From: Podarcis cretensis
Lineage: Eukaryota
Assembly: GCA_951804945.1 (NCBI GenBank)
Contig: OX638158.1
Location: 30,132,001 to 30,196,000 of the forward strand
Direction: 5' to 3'
DNA length: 64,000 nucleotides
Shown here: piece after piece, positions 50,178 to 64,000 of the stretch
Position numbering within the stretch: the stretch's first letter is position 1
How the letters are laid out: each line of letters begins with the position of its first letter
Notes under the pieces: model-generated
What the model saw: the letters and a program-made list of their open reading frames with translations, nothing else
What the model was told of the DNA's origin: nothing
Databases searched by the model: none
Translations under genes and position numbers: made by a program

Positions 50178-51955
50178 CAGCAAGCTGAAAATTCAAGGAA
50201 GAGGCCCTGGACTATCCTTGTGGGAATGAACTATTCTTTGGTAATGGACATTCATTCTGATGCCAAATTTCCATGCGGAGTAGATGGACCCGAGAAACAA
50301 CAGTGTCTTGAGAGAAGACCTGTCTTCTGTGAGTCCTACTGCACTACTACTATTGAGGGAAGGGGACAGGAAAGAGAAACTTTATCAATAGGATTGTGTA
50401 GTAAAAATGTATCAAGAACCATTTTCACTTCCTCCTGACAGTTTACAAAGAGCTGGCTGCAGCATATCAGTTAATTTATTCTCTACAATTAAACTGGGAG
50501 AGGTTCCCTTGGTGAAGAGTTGTGGCTCACCCTTAACTGCTTCCTCTGCAAGACCCAAGTAGGAGGACTCATATGAGGAGCATGTGACATTTAATCACAT
50601 ATAAGAACCTGTTGCAACTAATGATCATCATGAGATATAAACAAATTATCAGGACAACTGAGTCAGATATTTACACATCTTGATGCAAACAAAAAAAAGT
50701 TGCTCGTTGCCTAACACCATACACAGACTAAAAATAACTCAAGTAGTATCAGAGTCACACCCCCACTTCCAAAAGCATTAGATCACACAATGTTCCCTCA
50801 TACGAGCCAAATTTGAACCCTTGGCCACATCGCCTCTTTTTCTAGACTCAACTATTTCTAGACTCTGCGTGAACTGAAGGAACATTCACCAGCTTTTTCT
50901 AATCTGACCCTAAGGTTATATTCTCCCTATGCCTTTTACTGAATTTTCTTCTATAGCTTGCCATTTGTGTCACAATGACACAATTGTACACCAGTCTTCA
51001 CTCACAATCTCCTTTGCCATTTTTAAAAAAAGAGGTTATCAATATTTGTACAGATGAGTTTTTTCCATTGCATCTGGGTGACAATGTGCTTTAGGTGTTA
51101 ACAATGCCTTTGCTCTCAAATGAAGTTTTATAAAAATGGGATAAATCTGTCGGGGGGGAGTAGTGGGAGAAGACAATCAGCGCATAGCTCACAATGTGCT
51201 GGTGCCTATTTACAGGGACATGAGGCAGAAAGGGCTTCAGTTACACCAAAAGTGATGGGTACATACCTGAGGTATATAAAACCATATAAAGAACGAGACA
51301 CTACAGATCACAAGGTCAGATAAACAGGTATATCCATGACAGAGCAATGCAACGTGGTTGAAATAGCCCAAATTAATAATGTAGTAAAAGTTACGAAATG
51401 TGAACAAACCATGCATACTTTCTACACTCCCAATAAGCTGACATTGCAGCAGAGTCAATAATGTAGCTAGCTACTGATACTTTATTTGATGCTAGCATTC
51501 TTGTTGTTACTGAAACAATTCTCTCTAAATATTTTTAAACTCATACAGGTTCTTTTACTGCAGAGCTGGGCCTTGGCTGAAAAGTGAAGTGGCAAGTTAC
51601 GTAAGAAGGGCAAGTGAGATTTCAGTTCAATGTTTCCTGTTCCATAGCTCACGCAAAACTTCCCCTAGGCTACAAGGCTAAGTGGAACTAAATTCTTTCT
51701 TCTTTACTTCTGTCTCCAGTTTTCAAAAGGTTGGCAGAACTGACAGACCTAGAAGCGATTTGTGTGTTCTGTATAGATAAATTAAAGAGAACAAGCCAAG
51801 GGTGGGGGGTAGCAGGGGGCACATACTCATATTAACTGACATCCTCACACTTTCAGCAGTGTCCTAAAACTAGTTTAAGGGAGTCCCTGCAGATTCTACT
51901 TCTGAATAATCCTATGGAGAGAAGCATCATGTGGCAGCATCTAACTCTCCAATCA

Positions 51956-52087
<132 letters not shown>

Positions 52088-52933
52088 TTAGATTTCATCT
52101 TTAACTTTATTATTGTTATTATTGTTATTGTTATTAGGTTTTACAAACAGGAATAATGTTATACAAATAAGTATACCAAGTTTTCTCATGTCTTTGTATA
52201 TCACAAAAATAGCATAATAAATGTGGAAAAATATATACAACATATGTTTCATTATTAGTGGTCAATGTATAAATAGATTTCATATAAGATTATTTTATAA
52301 ATAAGGTGTATAAGTATTTATGATGTTTGACAGCAGTTTAACTGTTTTCTCATGCTGATGTCTAGAATGGATATATAATATTAAACACTTTTTAAAAGAA
52401 GAGGATCAGACAGAGCACCTTAGGGTATGACAATAATATCTCTTTTAGTCTTCAGAGAAAGTGGAGTTAAACAACCCACTGACAAACAAGCAAGGAAGCA
52501 AGCAAACAAACAAACAAGCAGGCACACAATTCATTCCCCACATTTTCTTCCCAAATTGCTTTCTCCACGCATCTATGTTAAATTACAGCTGCAAGATTCA
52601 ACCCACCTCCCACTGATGTTAATAGGTGCTGTTGCTTCCCAAGTACTGCAGATTTCACAATGTCTTGTTGTGTGAAGAACAATTGTGGTTAATTTGAAAT
52701 TAGGACAGACATGCCTTAGGGCAACAACAAAACTATTGCCAGTATGACTAAAAGGAGCTTGGAGGAGAACAAGGAAAATAAGGCTGGAAGTGCAATTCAC
52801 GTGTGAAATTGGTAAACTAGATGAAGGGGCCTTATTCAACGTTAAGGCATACTCATCTCACTGAAGAGTTTCCAGTAGCAGAGGCAGAACAAGTGCTATG
52901 ATAGATGCCAGCCTGCACTCTAGAGATAAAGAA

Positions 52934-52940
52934 GATAGAT

Positions 52941-52988
<48 letters not shown>
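52934..52988. repeat. (GATA)n microsatellite ~20 nt into the intron after a TMEM184B exon
   Basis: Direct observation. Confidence 0.95.
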
Positions 52989-52989
<1 letters not shown>

Positions 52990-53006
52990 GACACACAGCA
53001 TACTCA

Positions 53007-53126
<120 letters not shown>

Positions 53127-56100
53127 TCACTAAATATACTCCAAGGGTTTCAAAGGATGTTGTTTAAAAGGAACCACGGGAGGTGGGGGTGGTTCTAGCT
53201 CAGCAATTCAAAAAGAATCCCACAATGCACTACCAGATCTGTCATTTGATTAAAGGCATTTTTATTGATCGACTTTTTGAGTTTATTTGAATCAATTAAA
53301 ATCTGCATATGAATAAAACAGCAAAAAAGGGGGGACCTCACTGCTTTTAGAATGTACACAAATATGTCACAGTCAAAACTACCTCAGAAGAGGTCTTTTG
53401 TCCTATACGAGAGGAAGAATGCTGCTTCTAAGATATTCTCTGCTATCCACAATTTTTGTAAGTATCTTATCTTGAAGTACTTATTTTTGTAAGTACTTAA
53501 TCTTATTTATTTTATTTAAAAAGTCTGCTCCAATTCACTGGGGATAATTTATTTATTTATCAAAAGGTTCTCAGTTGAGAGAGGAATGATGGGCTGTGCC
53601 AGGATGCAGGCAAGATAATTTGCTTCATATACATAACAGGAATATTATGCAATAAATTACTTATAGTGCAATCCACTTGCAATGCTTCCACTCCAGACCA
53701 CAAATATTCTTTTTACCATTCCACCTGCAAGCCATTCCGCCATGCTTATCTATGGAAGTTGTTCAGAGCATTTTATATGTCATTTCTAGACTCACAGTGC
53801 TCCCTAGTGTTATTCTGGGACATTGATGGTGTACTAGATGGGGAAGTTCCCATGACAATTCAGTCGTGCAACTTGCTTGTGCTATTTCTGTTTACTTCGA
53901 AGGTCTCACATGCAAATACTGACCAGGTGCCAAACTGCTAAGCTTGACCAAGGCGATGACAAACACACACTCCCTAGTATAAACCAATGGGTTTCCAGCT
54001 CTGTAATCACATTTTTTAAAACTGAATGATAAGCTTGGTACTCAAAAGCTCTGTTTATGTGAGGATCATTACCAGATTCTTCTTGCCTACAATATCACGA
54101 ACTGTGGCTGAACCTCACCCATGAGAATACACTAGGACAGCTGTGAGCGGAGTTCTTCCTGGTTCAAAATCTCAATGCAGCTGTGAATTTTAACAGCACT
54201 TGTGGAAATGAGATGACTTCATTAGGGCTACAGCAGGAATCCTTTTTACTTTGAAGGTCTCCAATTCAAATACTGCCCAGGCATTAAGATCACCTAGTCC
54301 AGTTGAAAATTAAAGCCTGTGCTATTAATTTTGTTTTTTAAAAAACCCAGCATGGTTACTAAATACACATTTAGTGTCACATCTACTTTGTTACTACGAG
54401 TTACAAAGGTTCTGTTTTGGTGAGAGTAAGAGTCTTGCCCTTTGTGAACTGCTCTTCTGTTGTCCTGTGATGGTATTCAAGATCCAAGTCAAGTGTATTC
54501 CTCCCCCCCCCCCCTTCTGCACCGCTTTTTGACTTTGATAAAAGTCAAAGATCATAATTCTAACCTAATTTTTTGTCTAGAATTCCATTTGGGTATTTTT
54601 TACTCCCATGTTCAATGGCACAGAAGCACGCAGCAAGGCCATACAGAGTACTCCCACTCCCCAACATCCCACGCTCTTCTTTTGACATCCACATATGCAG
54701 GGAAAACACTTTCACACATACAGTTGTACATACAAAGACTTCACTAGAATTTGGAATCCAAATTGTTCCAGATCCCAAGGATGGCTTCATGCATACAATT
54801 ACATCTGTAAGGAGGTGGTCCTTACAGATGTCTATGCAGTGTATGTGGACTCCAGGGAAGAGTATGGCCTGCTTCTTGCTCTCATGTTGTTGAACAAAAA
54901 AGTTAATAAAATCTAAACAGGGTATATCATGTTCCAAAATATGGTTACTGGCATACCATTCCACTCCAGGTCACCAAAATGAAACTTGGTATGGCATAAT
55001 GGTTAAAGAAGAAGCACTAACTAAGCTCACTGGGTGATCTCCAGCCAGTCACTATCTCTCAGCCTATCCTCAACCCAAACTCAGTGCCACAATCATAAGG
55101 GTTTATTTGGATAAAAGGTTCCAGAAAATATTAATTCAGTAAAAACTACCAGACAGCTTCTTGTACCCAATTCCGTTCACAGAATTCTATAGGAACCAAT
55201 CACTTATATAATGCACGTCTTATTACACAGAGTGAAGTCTTGCTCCAGTCAACAATCTTCCTGCATCTCCAGATGTCTACAAAACAAGTTCAGTGCTTTT
55301 GTGGGAGGAATAACCAAACGCACATTGCTGTTCAAGAGGTTTCCGCCCTGCCCTCTGATACAGGAAAGGCTCATTATAGCAGGAGCTGCCTATTCTGGGA
55401 CCTTGTTTAGGAGAAGATGAAATTAGGTGGAAGAGAACAAAAGCGTTTCCAACATTCCTCAAGCTCCTCATAGAAGTACCATACATTTAGGTTGCACACG
55501 CACACCTATGCAAATTTATCTTGGAATAAATCCCATTTAGCATGCAATAGCACTTTCTTCAAAGGAGACATGCATAAGATTGTGCTGAAGTCTCTGGCTA
55601 GTGCTCGACTGCCAACATTTCCAGTTGAAGATGTTATTTAAATTCTCAAAGACTACTAACTTAAAAAACAACAACACTAAATGCCACAGATTCCAGCTGG
55701 GTATTTTCTTTAACGTTTTCCAAGGGCAGACTTTCCCAAGGGAAAAATCTCTTTTGAAATGAAAGGAGATTCCCACCCGCTCCTGCTTTCTGATTTTCCT
55801 AGACATAGTTTCAACTACAGAAAGTACGAAAGCAGGGAGGGGGACCCAAAACCCATTTGCATACAGGCCATCAAGCTGGCAAACTTTAGAATGTGGGCTG
55901 ACCCTCTGAGCAGATGTTGTCATGTTTGCAAACTCCCTAGGCGAGGCAAAGGGGATAATAGCTGTTGCTAGGAGATGAATTTCACAGAGCAGCAGGCTTC
56001 CTGCTACGCAGCTACGCCTTTATATACACACTCAGCAAAGGCAGAGGAAAGCGAAAGCCAGGCCAAACAAAGATGGCCTCTGGATTGTGTGTGTGTGCAT

Positions 56101-57255
56101 CTGCCATCTGTTAACACATCCCAATGTATTGTAAGAGGTGTGAGAAGCCCAGTGATCCCCTAACCACAGTTGTTCATGAGCAAATATTGCACTAGTGTCA
56201 TATAAAGCATATTTTCATATGGCTATGAAACTCAGCAGGAGACTCTCTTAGTATGGCTTGCTCAAAAAAAATAAAAAATCTCACAAGATCCACAGACTAA
56301 AACATTTTAAAGTACAGCAAGTGCTGCAGGGTAATTTTTTTGTTTCATCCAAATCAGTGTGCTCTACCTAAGTAACCAGAAAAAGAATATTTTCAACTTA
56401 TTTAAATAGGAATTTTGTTGAAGGTTGTTTTTCAGTTAAAGATAAAGAAACTCTGCAATGAATGCACCATGATCAGTTTAAATTTGTCACATGCTCTCTA
56501 GCATTGGAGCAGGAAATCTAGTCATAAGATCATTCACATATTTGTCCTTCTGGACAATTTCAGGAGATTGTATTAAATAAGCCATAACTGCCCTAATTTA
56601 AAAACAAAACAAAACAAAACAAAACTGTATTTACATGTTTTTATGAAAACCAGAGGAATGTAAAAGTCTTTTTTCACATGCTTCCTAGAAAGCATCTTTC
56701 AGGTATCTGGGATCAGTAGCCGGACAGCTGCAGAATTCTACCAGTAGTCCAAAACTTTTGGTGGTCCTAAGGTTGGCAAAGGCTATCCTAGAGCAACTGC
56801 TCAGGTTGATTTAGTAGTAATCTGCTGAGAGAACTCACTCATACATTCTCTTTTCTTCTTTGATGGAAAATTACTGGCATAATCTACTGAGTGAATCACC
56901 AGAACCAAAGGAGTCATACCTATTTGGATGGTTTCTTGAGTTCTTGTATCTGGGCTTCTGAATTCTGTGCTAATATTATTTTTCATCATCTGAACCTTCT
57001 TATATCATGGGGAGAATGTCCACAGATTCTAACAACATACTGCATTTATTCCATCCCTATGTATTAGTTCATATACAGATCCCTTTTCTGCTGTAGTGAG
57101 CAATATCTATAGCCAGCAGCTTGGCCTATCATTCCATCATTGCCATAGACTTCCTGCCACGTCTCCATATTTAGAACACAACCCCATATTTAACTAAGAC
57201 CCTTGTGTACAGGTACTTCCTTCAGACTCACATACAAAGCACCACCTTCTCTCTA

Positions 57256-57486
<231 letters not shown>

Positions 57487-58934
57487 TTAGAACAAAAGTA
57501 AGCTAAGAGGAAGAGGAGTGATAATGGGAATTTAAGAATGCAATGCCATACACAACATATAAGCACTTTTTTGCTCTCATAAGGCTTTCTTACTGAGTTT
57601 ATAGCTTAGTAGGATATATTTACTTGGTTTTTGCACTGTAAGGTCTATGTTTACCCTACATCTGCTCTTTATCCTTAAACAAGAACAAGGGATAAAATTC
57701 ATTTACAAAGTAAGGTAGCTTATGAATATATAAATTGCTATAAAACGTAATGAAATGAACATTCTGTACTATATTTACTGTAAGATAAAAAGCAACTGTC
57801 CCACAGTATTTTTTCTATCCAAAAGATAATAATAATTTTAGTTTTTTAAAAAAGTACTAGGCATCTGAATGATATACTTTTCACTTGAGATTTACTTATT
57901 TTAATTACAAACTGATTTGGTTTCTAAATGTAATGTGCTGAAGCCGTGAAATGGCTACAATACTGAAGCTATCCTATGCTATCGTTCACATTCATTATCT
58001 ACATTTCACAGCTTCAATATATTACTTTTAGAAACCAGATTTAAGCACATACACATGACATATATGGCTCATATGTTTTCAGTGCAATACAGTAGCAGAG
58101 CCTTCTGTAATGTCATGATCCCACACAAAAATAAAGTTTTTGGATCTATAAATATAAGACAACCAAAGTGAGGACCAGCCAAAAACACAACTTTAATCTG
58201 CAAAGACATATAAGACGTCTCTCAAATACAAACTGTATCGTGCTTTCTAATAACAGAAGAGTACACCAATAACTTTTGCAAATGAATCAAATCTCATCTT
58301 TAAAATGTTTTGTTTTATATGGTAGCCTGCCTATCCTACAAGTTAAAATCTTTACTGACTAGAAACAGACTGGATGGAGAGTGTATTAGAATGTTGGTTA
58401 TGAACAGTAATTTAACATTTATATAACAGTAATTTAAAATTTGGCTTTGTAATTTGGAATTAATGTGATTTGATTTGATTGGTCTGTTAATAAAAAATAT
58501 TTTTAAAAAATGAACAGTAATTTTGAAATAGTGCTTTTCTTGGCCCACAGGGTGTTTCCAGATAGCAGTACCAGGAGTGCAAACACAGGAAATTCTTCAA
58601 AAAAGGAGGCATTTCCTAGGGTTTTTTTCTTTTGCAGAGGGAAAAGTTTTGTATGATTATGACTAGATGGCTTCAATAGAACACCCTAGCTGCTCTTTGT
58701 CTTATAATCTAGTTTTACACAGCCATCATATATAATTCAGTGTAAAGATATTGAGCATTTTTAGTCAGCTTCGTAACAGAGCTCAATTGATCTTTGCAAG
58801 CCATTCTGGAGGCCTTTTTCAGTTGAAGAGATACATAAAAATTCTTCAGATACATAAATAAGCATGCAAGCAATCTACGGAGTCAACCTTACAGCTGTAA
58901 TGCATGAAACAGTTATACTACTAAGAGAAAGGGT

Positions 58935-59200
58935 CCTCCTACATCAGACCAAAGGTTCATCTAATTCCCAAAAGCCAGTCAGCATGATGCCTTGGGGAAA
59001 CTCATAAGCAGAACATGAAGGCATCAGCCCTCTTATTTGTCCCTAACATCTGATATGTTGCCAATTATTGCAGAGGATTCACTTAGCTATCAATTCTAAC
59101 AGCATTTTGATAGATTCATCCTCCATGGATTTCTCTCCTTTAAATCCATCTACACTAGTGCTCATGACTACGTTCTGTGTCCATGAATTCCATAACAACA
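58935..59200 (-). mobile_element. Old CR1 3' fragment
   Basis: atcagaccaaaggttcatcta...gatgccttggggaaactcataagcagaacatgaaggca...tcctccatggatt...gaattccata resembles a squamate CR1 3' end. A related plus-strand piece lies at ~7060-7145. Confidence 0.6.
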
Positions 59201-60788
59201 CAGATTGTAAGACTAGAACTCTCCCTTTGTACACTCTGGGGGCCAACTGTTTACACACCAAGATCAGATGGCGCTATTCCAACAGACATGCAGCAGATGA
59301 CCAATTAATGTTCTAAAGAAGAAGAACTAATAAGATTCATTGTTGCTGCCCAAGTAAATGTCAGGTAAGCTGCTATTCTGATTCATAAAGTAGCTAATCC
59401 CCTTTTGAATCTCACACAGCCAGTTTCAATAATGCTCTGTAGCTCTCCAATGGATAGTCACTTATCTATTCATTAACCCACAGGTGTTAAACACAGGTTG
59501 ATGAAATTGTAGGGTTTGCATGTGTTACTCATCATACAAGGACACTATTAGACAGCATTACAAAGAGGATGCTAAATTTGGTTTGTACCGTCACCCACCA
59601 ACCTGATGAAATACAGCAGCCAAGTCTTACAGCAGAAAAGCTGGCGGCAGGAGGAGAGGAAAATGCCTCTGCCGCCTCCTCCTCACCGTGCAACCAGGTT
59701 CGCTGAAATCATTTGTACAGCGTGTTCATCATCATGACAGACATTTTGGGCAGAAATTTAAAATGATAAATGGCTGTTTATTCCTTGTGCTAAGAACAAG
59801 CAGAGCTATGAAATTGGAAGATAACGCCAAAGGGTTATTAAACCCCATGAATCATGGCACATCATCATTACATAGCCTTCTCCCACCCCCACCCCAATGA
59901 AACACAATTAAATGTAAATCTTTCCTAAGCCAATCAACTGCATTGCTATGAGGGAAGTGTGTTGTCTGCATACCTCTGAAGTTGACGGACTAATTACTAC
60001 TTAGGATTCTGGAATAAAGGCCCCAGGGCCTATCACAGCAATCCACCCCATAGTATTAGCAGTCTGACAGGAAAGATGCTTGATCTTTTATAGCTTTGAC
60101 ATTGTCCCGCTTTTCCCTACAAGTTACTGCCTAGATCTATTGTTAGGCAAGACATGGGCACCATGAACTTAATGGCGAGCAGAAGAGACTAATTTGTAGA
60201 CAGCTTCCTGGCAGCTGCAGCCTTATGTACATGCTGGCACTGTCTGAACAGCTCTGAGGTTTGCTTGTCTCACACACAATGGGATGGGACAGCAAAGTCC
60301 TGCATTCCCCCCACCCTCCATACTCTAGTTGTTTTAGCCACATCATTTCCACTCTTACTACTCTATGAGAACAGACTCATCGCACCACAGCAAATACCTG
60401 ACAAACATATATTCTACCTGATAAACATCCGTATCACAACTAAAGTAAAGACGCACTCTCCTCTCCTTCAAGTTACATGGGAGCTTGTTCAATGGTGTTA
60501 ATCCATAGGTGCACTTGTATACACTGTGCAAATGGAGTTGGAGATTACTCATGTATGCTACAGGCCATAATATTGCATAAAGTGTAGCTTAAAACAGAAG
60601 TAGCAGTAACCACTTTGGGCAACAAGCTCCATCCACTCTACATGATCTAATGATTGCAGAGAGTAGAACAGGTAAGGCTTCAGCAAGCTTAACTGTAGTC
60701 AGCACAGTAAATTTAACAGCTCTCTCTCTCTCTCTCTCTCTGGCTGCAGTAGAAAAGGTGCCTTTACAAAGTACCATTCAAAATGCTA

Positions 60789-61034
<246 letters not shown>

Positions 61035-62350
61035 TCAGATCTAAAGAGGAATTATATATAGAGAGAGAGACAGAAAAGTTTCAAAATAGCAGAAACAACC
61101 TATCATAGCCAGAACACCTCACAGGTATCCCAGAGTTTTGCTAAACATTTCTGTCAAGTGTAAAGGCCTTCAGTCGCAAAGGTAAACAGGAATAATTTGG
61201 GAGAAATCGCTCATATTCTTATGGTATCAAACACAGCTACTATTTTGTCACTGAACAGTCAGAAAGAGGGTCAGACATGTGAAAAGCAGTTCTAAATTTA
61301 AATTGCAGAGAATTCTGGAACATTGCCTAAAATAATCGTGCATTTTTGATACTCTATTAACACATTCAATTTTATTCCTTTCTTAAGTGCTTATACAAAG
61401 AGCTGCAATAAGTTTTTTCAAAAACATGGGGCACAACATTTTAAGGTGACTGTTTTGAGACCGCAGGAAGAAGCTGGCTGTTTGTCCATCTAGTGATCTC
61501 TTCTCTCAAGTCACCCCATGAAGCAAAAACTTCATACAGAACAGAAGGTAGTAAAAAGCACCAATACTTGATAGTAATGTATTGGCTTTACATGGTATAT
61601 GTGTGCCCAACCAATATATAGATGTGCCAGCCTGGTACTGACTTAAAACCTCCCGTCTGACTCTGATTGTTCTGACAGAATCAGAAGTACAACTGAGCAG
61701 AAAAAATCCAAACATTTATGGATTAAATGTTCATTATCATTAGCTACGCTCACTATACAAATTCAAAAACTGACAAAGTGTCAGCAGTGAAGAAGATCAA
61801 GTAGTCTGGAAATGAGATTATAAGCAAGTACTCTTGTCTCTAAGAAGTGGGGGGATGAACTGAAAAGCCAATAGGTAAATTATCTAAGTTGTTAAACTGA
61901 AATTATGAAGCATAACTATGCATGAATTACAAAAGTGATACACACAGCAGGAAAATTTTTGGAGAACCAAGTATTTCTATATGAAGTTTTTTCATTTATC
62001 ACAACCAGACCAGTAGACTATAAAAAGAATCAACATGTGATTTTGTTTTCCTCTGGCCTTACAAGAAAAGAGCAAATAAGGTAAGCACGTGGAGAGTCCC
62101 CTTTCAACATAGATCTTTTGATTGTTCTAGCTGGGCCAGCCGGCATTCTAGTTACATAACCATTCCTACTTCAGTTTGTTTTAATACATCTTTCTCATTG
62201 CTGAAATATCCACCCAGTCTGAATATATGATAAAAATACCCAATGGTAAAAATACTTTACATTCTGCAGGGAACACAAAGCTATTTTGAAAACAATGCGA
62301 GACTGACAAACCCCCATAGTGCACAAAGAACAAGGAGATAGTATATAGAC

Positions 62351-63291
62351 CAGTGGTTCCCAAATAGGGGTCTGCGGAACACACCCAGGGGGTCTGCAGC
62401 CCCAATCCTTGCCTCCTCCCCCCCCCTAAATTTTTGTCATTTTTGCACGGGTAATATCACAAATCTTATGGTCTGTTTTAGCACCGTGTGATTTTTCAAT
62501 ATATTGGCCAAAATCAGTTTTGAAATTCCACTGTGATAACGATTTTGACCTGGCAATATGCAGCAATATGTTGCTTCTTGTGCAAGGGAGAGCAGGGCAG
62601 CTGATTTCAAGGCACCGCCAATATGCTGCTGATCTGAGCTGCCTTCCCTCACGATGAAAACAGGGCAGCAGATTGCAAGGTGCTGCCTTCCCCTCACACT
62701 GATGGAGAACAGGGCAGCTGATGGCCCTCACTTCAGGGCACTGTAGCACTACCTTCCCCTGGCACTGAGGCGAAGCAGCTTTTCTCAGTCAGCAGGAAAG
62801 CAACAGCAGCCACAGTGGATGTGCATCTTTGCTGGTTCGATGGCTTGATGCATACCCCCATTTCCATCCCCTCCCACTCAAACCATGCAGTGGAGGTGAT
62901 TCTGCTTCCTCTCCTCCCTGCACCCATCCAATCTCCGTGGCTGCTTCTTCCTTCATCTGCAGGCACCCTACCCACCGGACCTCTGTTGCTGCTCCTTCCC
63001 TCATCCCCACGCCTGATCTCCAATTTCAGACGTTGTGATATATCAGACTATCGTGATGTTTAGCTGCTGATAAATCACGATGTTGAAAACCAGATATTGC
63101 TCAGCCCTAGTGTGTTTTTTAATATACCTAAAATCCTTTGCTTATTAGGGGCTACCCCATATTTTATTCAAAAAATTGCTCTGCAGAGGTAACTACCATA
63201 GAATTATCAAAATTTTCAAAAAGTAGATGGTCTCTGGCTTGGCTTTTGAAAAACAGGGGGCCCTCAGTAATTAGCTAATTGGGAACCACTG
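62351..63291. mobile_element. Non-autonomous hAT element with 8-bp TSD, carrying an internal second element (~62440-63110)
   Basis: TIRs cagtggttcccaa ... ttgggaaccactg; TSD atatagac (62343-62350) / gtatagac (63292-63299). The internal segment ends cagccctag and contains ~50-bp cagggcagc repeats. Confidence 0.85.
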
Positions 63292-63304
63292 GTATAGACC
63301 ACTG

Positions 63305-63410
63305 TTACCAGACTTGGTGCCCTCAAGATGTTGTTGGACTCCCAACTCCCATAAACCTCAGCCACATGGCCAATGGTCAGGGATTATTGCAGTTGTAAGC
63401 AAACTCAAAA
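63305..63410. mobile_element. hAT-type MITE copy (family A), partial
   Basis: gccctcaagatgttgttggactcccaactcccat...catggccaatggtcagggattattgcagttgta. Confidence 0.65.
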
Positions 63411-63520
63411 GGTCTGCATTTGCATGAGAAGTGGGGTTTGAGGGGAGATCTGTGGAAATGCTAAATATAATATAAAGACTGCACTTGGAAAGAGAAAAAA
63501 CCCAGATGTTCTTGAAGCAG

Positions 63521-63564
63521 AGGAAGGAAGGAAGGAAGGAAGGAAGGAAGGAAGGAAGGAAGGA
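63521..63564. repeat. (GGAA)n microsatellite
   Basis: Direct observation. Confidence 0.95.
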
Positions 63565-64000
63565 AAGTTCTATAGAAAAAGATGACACTCAGGAAACTGA
63601 AAACAGGGTGGAGTTTGAGACACCTTTACTGCTGAGTCTGGAGAAAATTGGTTTCCGTCTGACAACATTCTACACACCACAGGGCACAAGTAAGAGGTTT
63701 TTGCTAAGCTTATGAAATACACATGTAGGAAGGATTTACCACAGATGTATGCCTAGCCAATTAAGCTTGAATGAAAAGGTGAAAGAAATTATCAGGTATC
63801 TGTGAGGCTGAGGAGAGAAGGCTATCCAATCCTATTACAATGTAAAAAGATCTACTGTAAATCACAGCAATGCCTACAATAAACGAGGGTAGTTTAAAAA
63901 AACAACAACACACCAACCCTAGTCTACACAAACACTCCCCTTTATGATCAATTCACATGACTGCTAGATATAAATACCAAAGCAGGGGATTCGTCTGCAA

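Overview
This is eukaryotic DNA from a squamate reptile. The Sauria/Squam-type SINEs and MITE families suggest a lacertid lizard, but that taxon call is inference. The window holds the conserved amniote gene block PLA2G6 (-) / MAFF (+) / TMEM184B (-). I resolved: the first two coding exons of PLA2G6 (1384-1592 and 51-266) and its CpG promoter (~5.8-6.3 kb); a complete MAFF CDS (28838-28873 + 31215-31628, 149 aa), with a likely non-coding first exon in a CpG island at ~10.7-12.0 kb and a ~3.4 kb 3'UTR; and a complete TMEM184B CDS (8 coding exons, 411 aa) plus a frame-preserving 24-nt microexon (45188-45211) that is absent from the ORF track. All resolved introns are GT-AG and their phases are consistent. 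The rest is intronic or intergenic DNA dense in SINEs, CR1/L2 fragments, hAT- and Tc1/pogo-type MITEs and microsatellites. There are no prokaryotic features or CRISPR arrays, and I cannot support a wholly new protein-coding system. The best leads are the TMEM184B microexon, a palindromic hAT MITE family carrying ZNF143/THAP11-like motifs that also sits in both convergent 3'UTRs, and a set of MARE/ARE sites across MAFF itself. Repeat family names and comparisons to human genes are from memory and were not database-checked.
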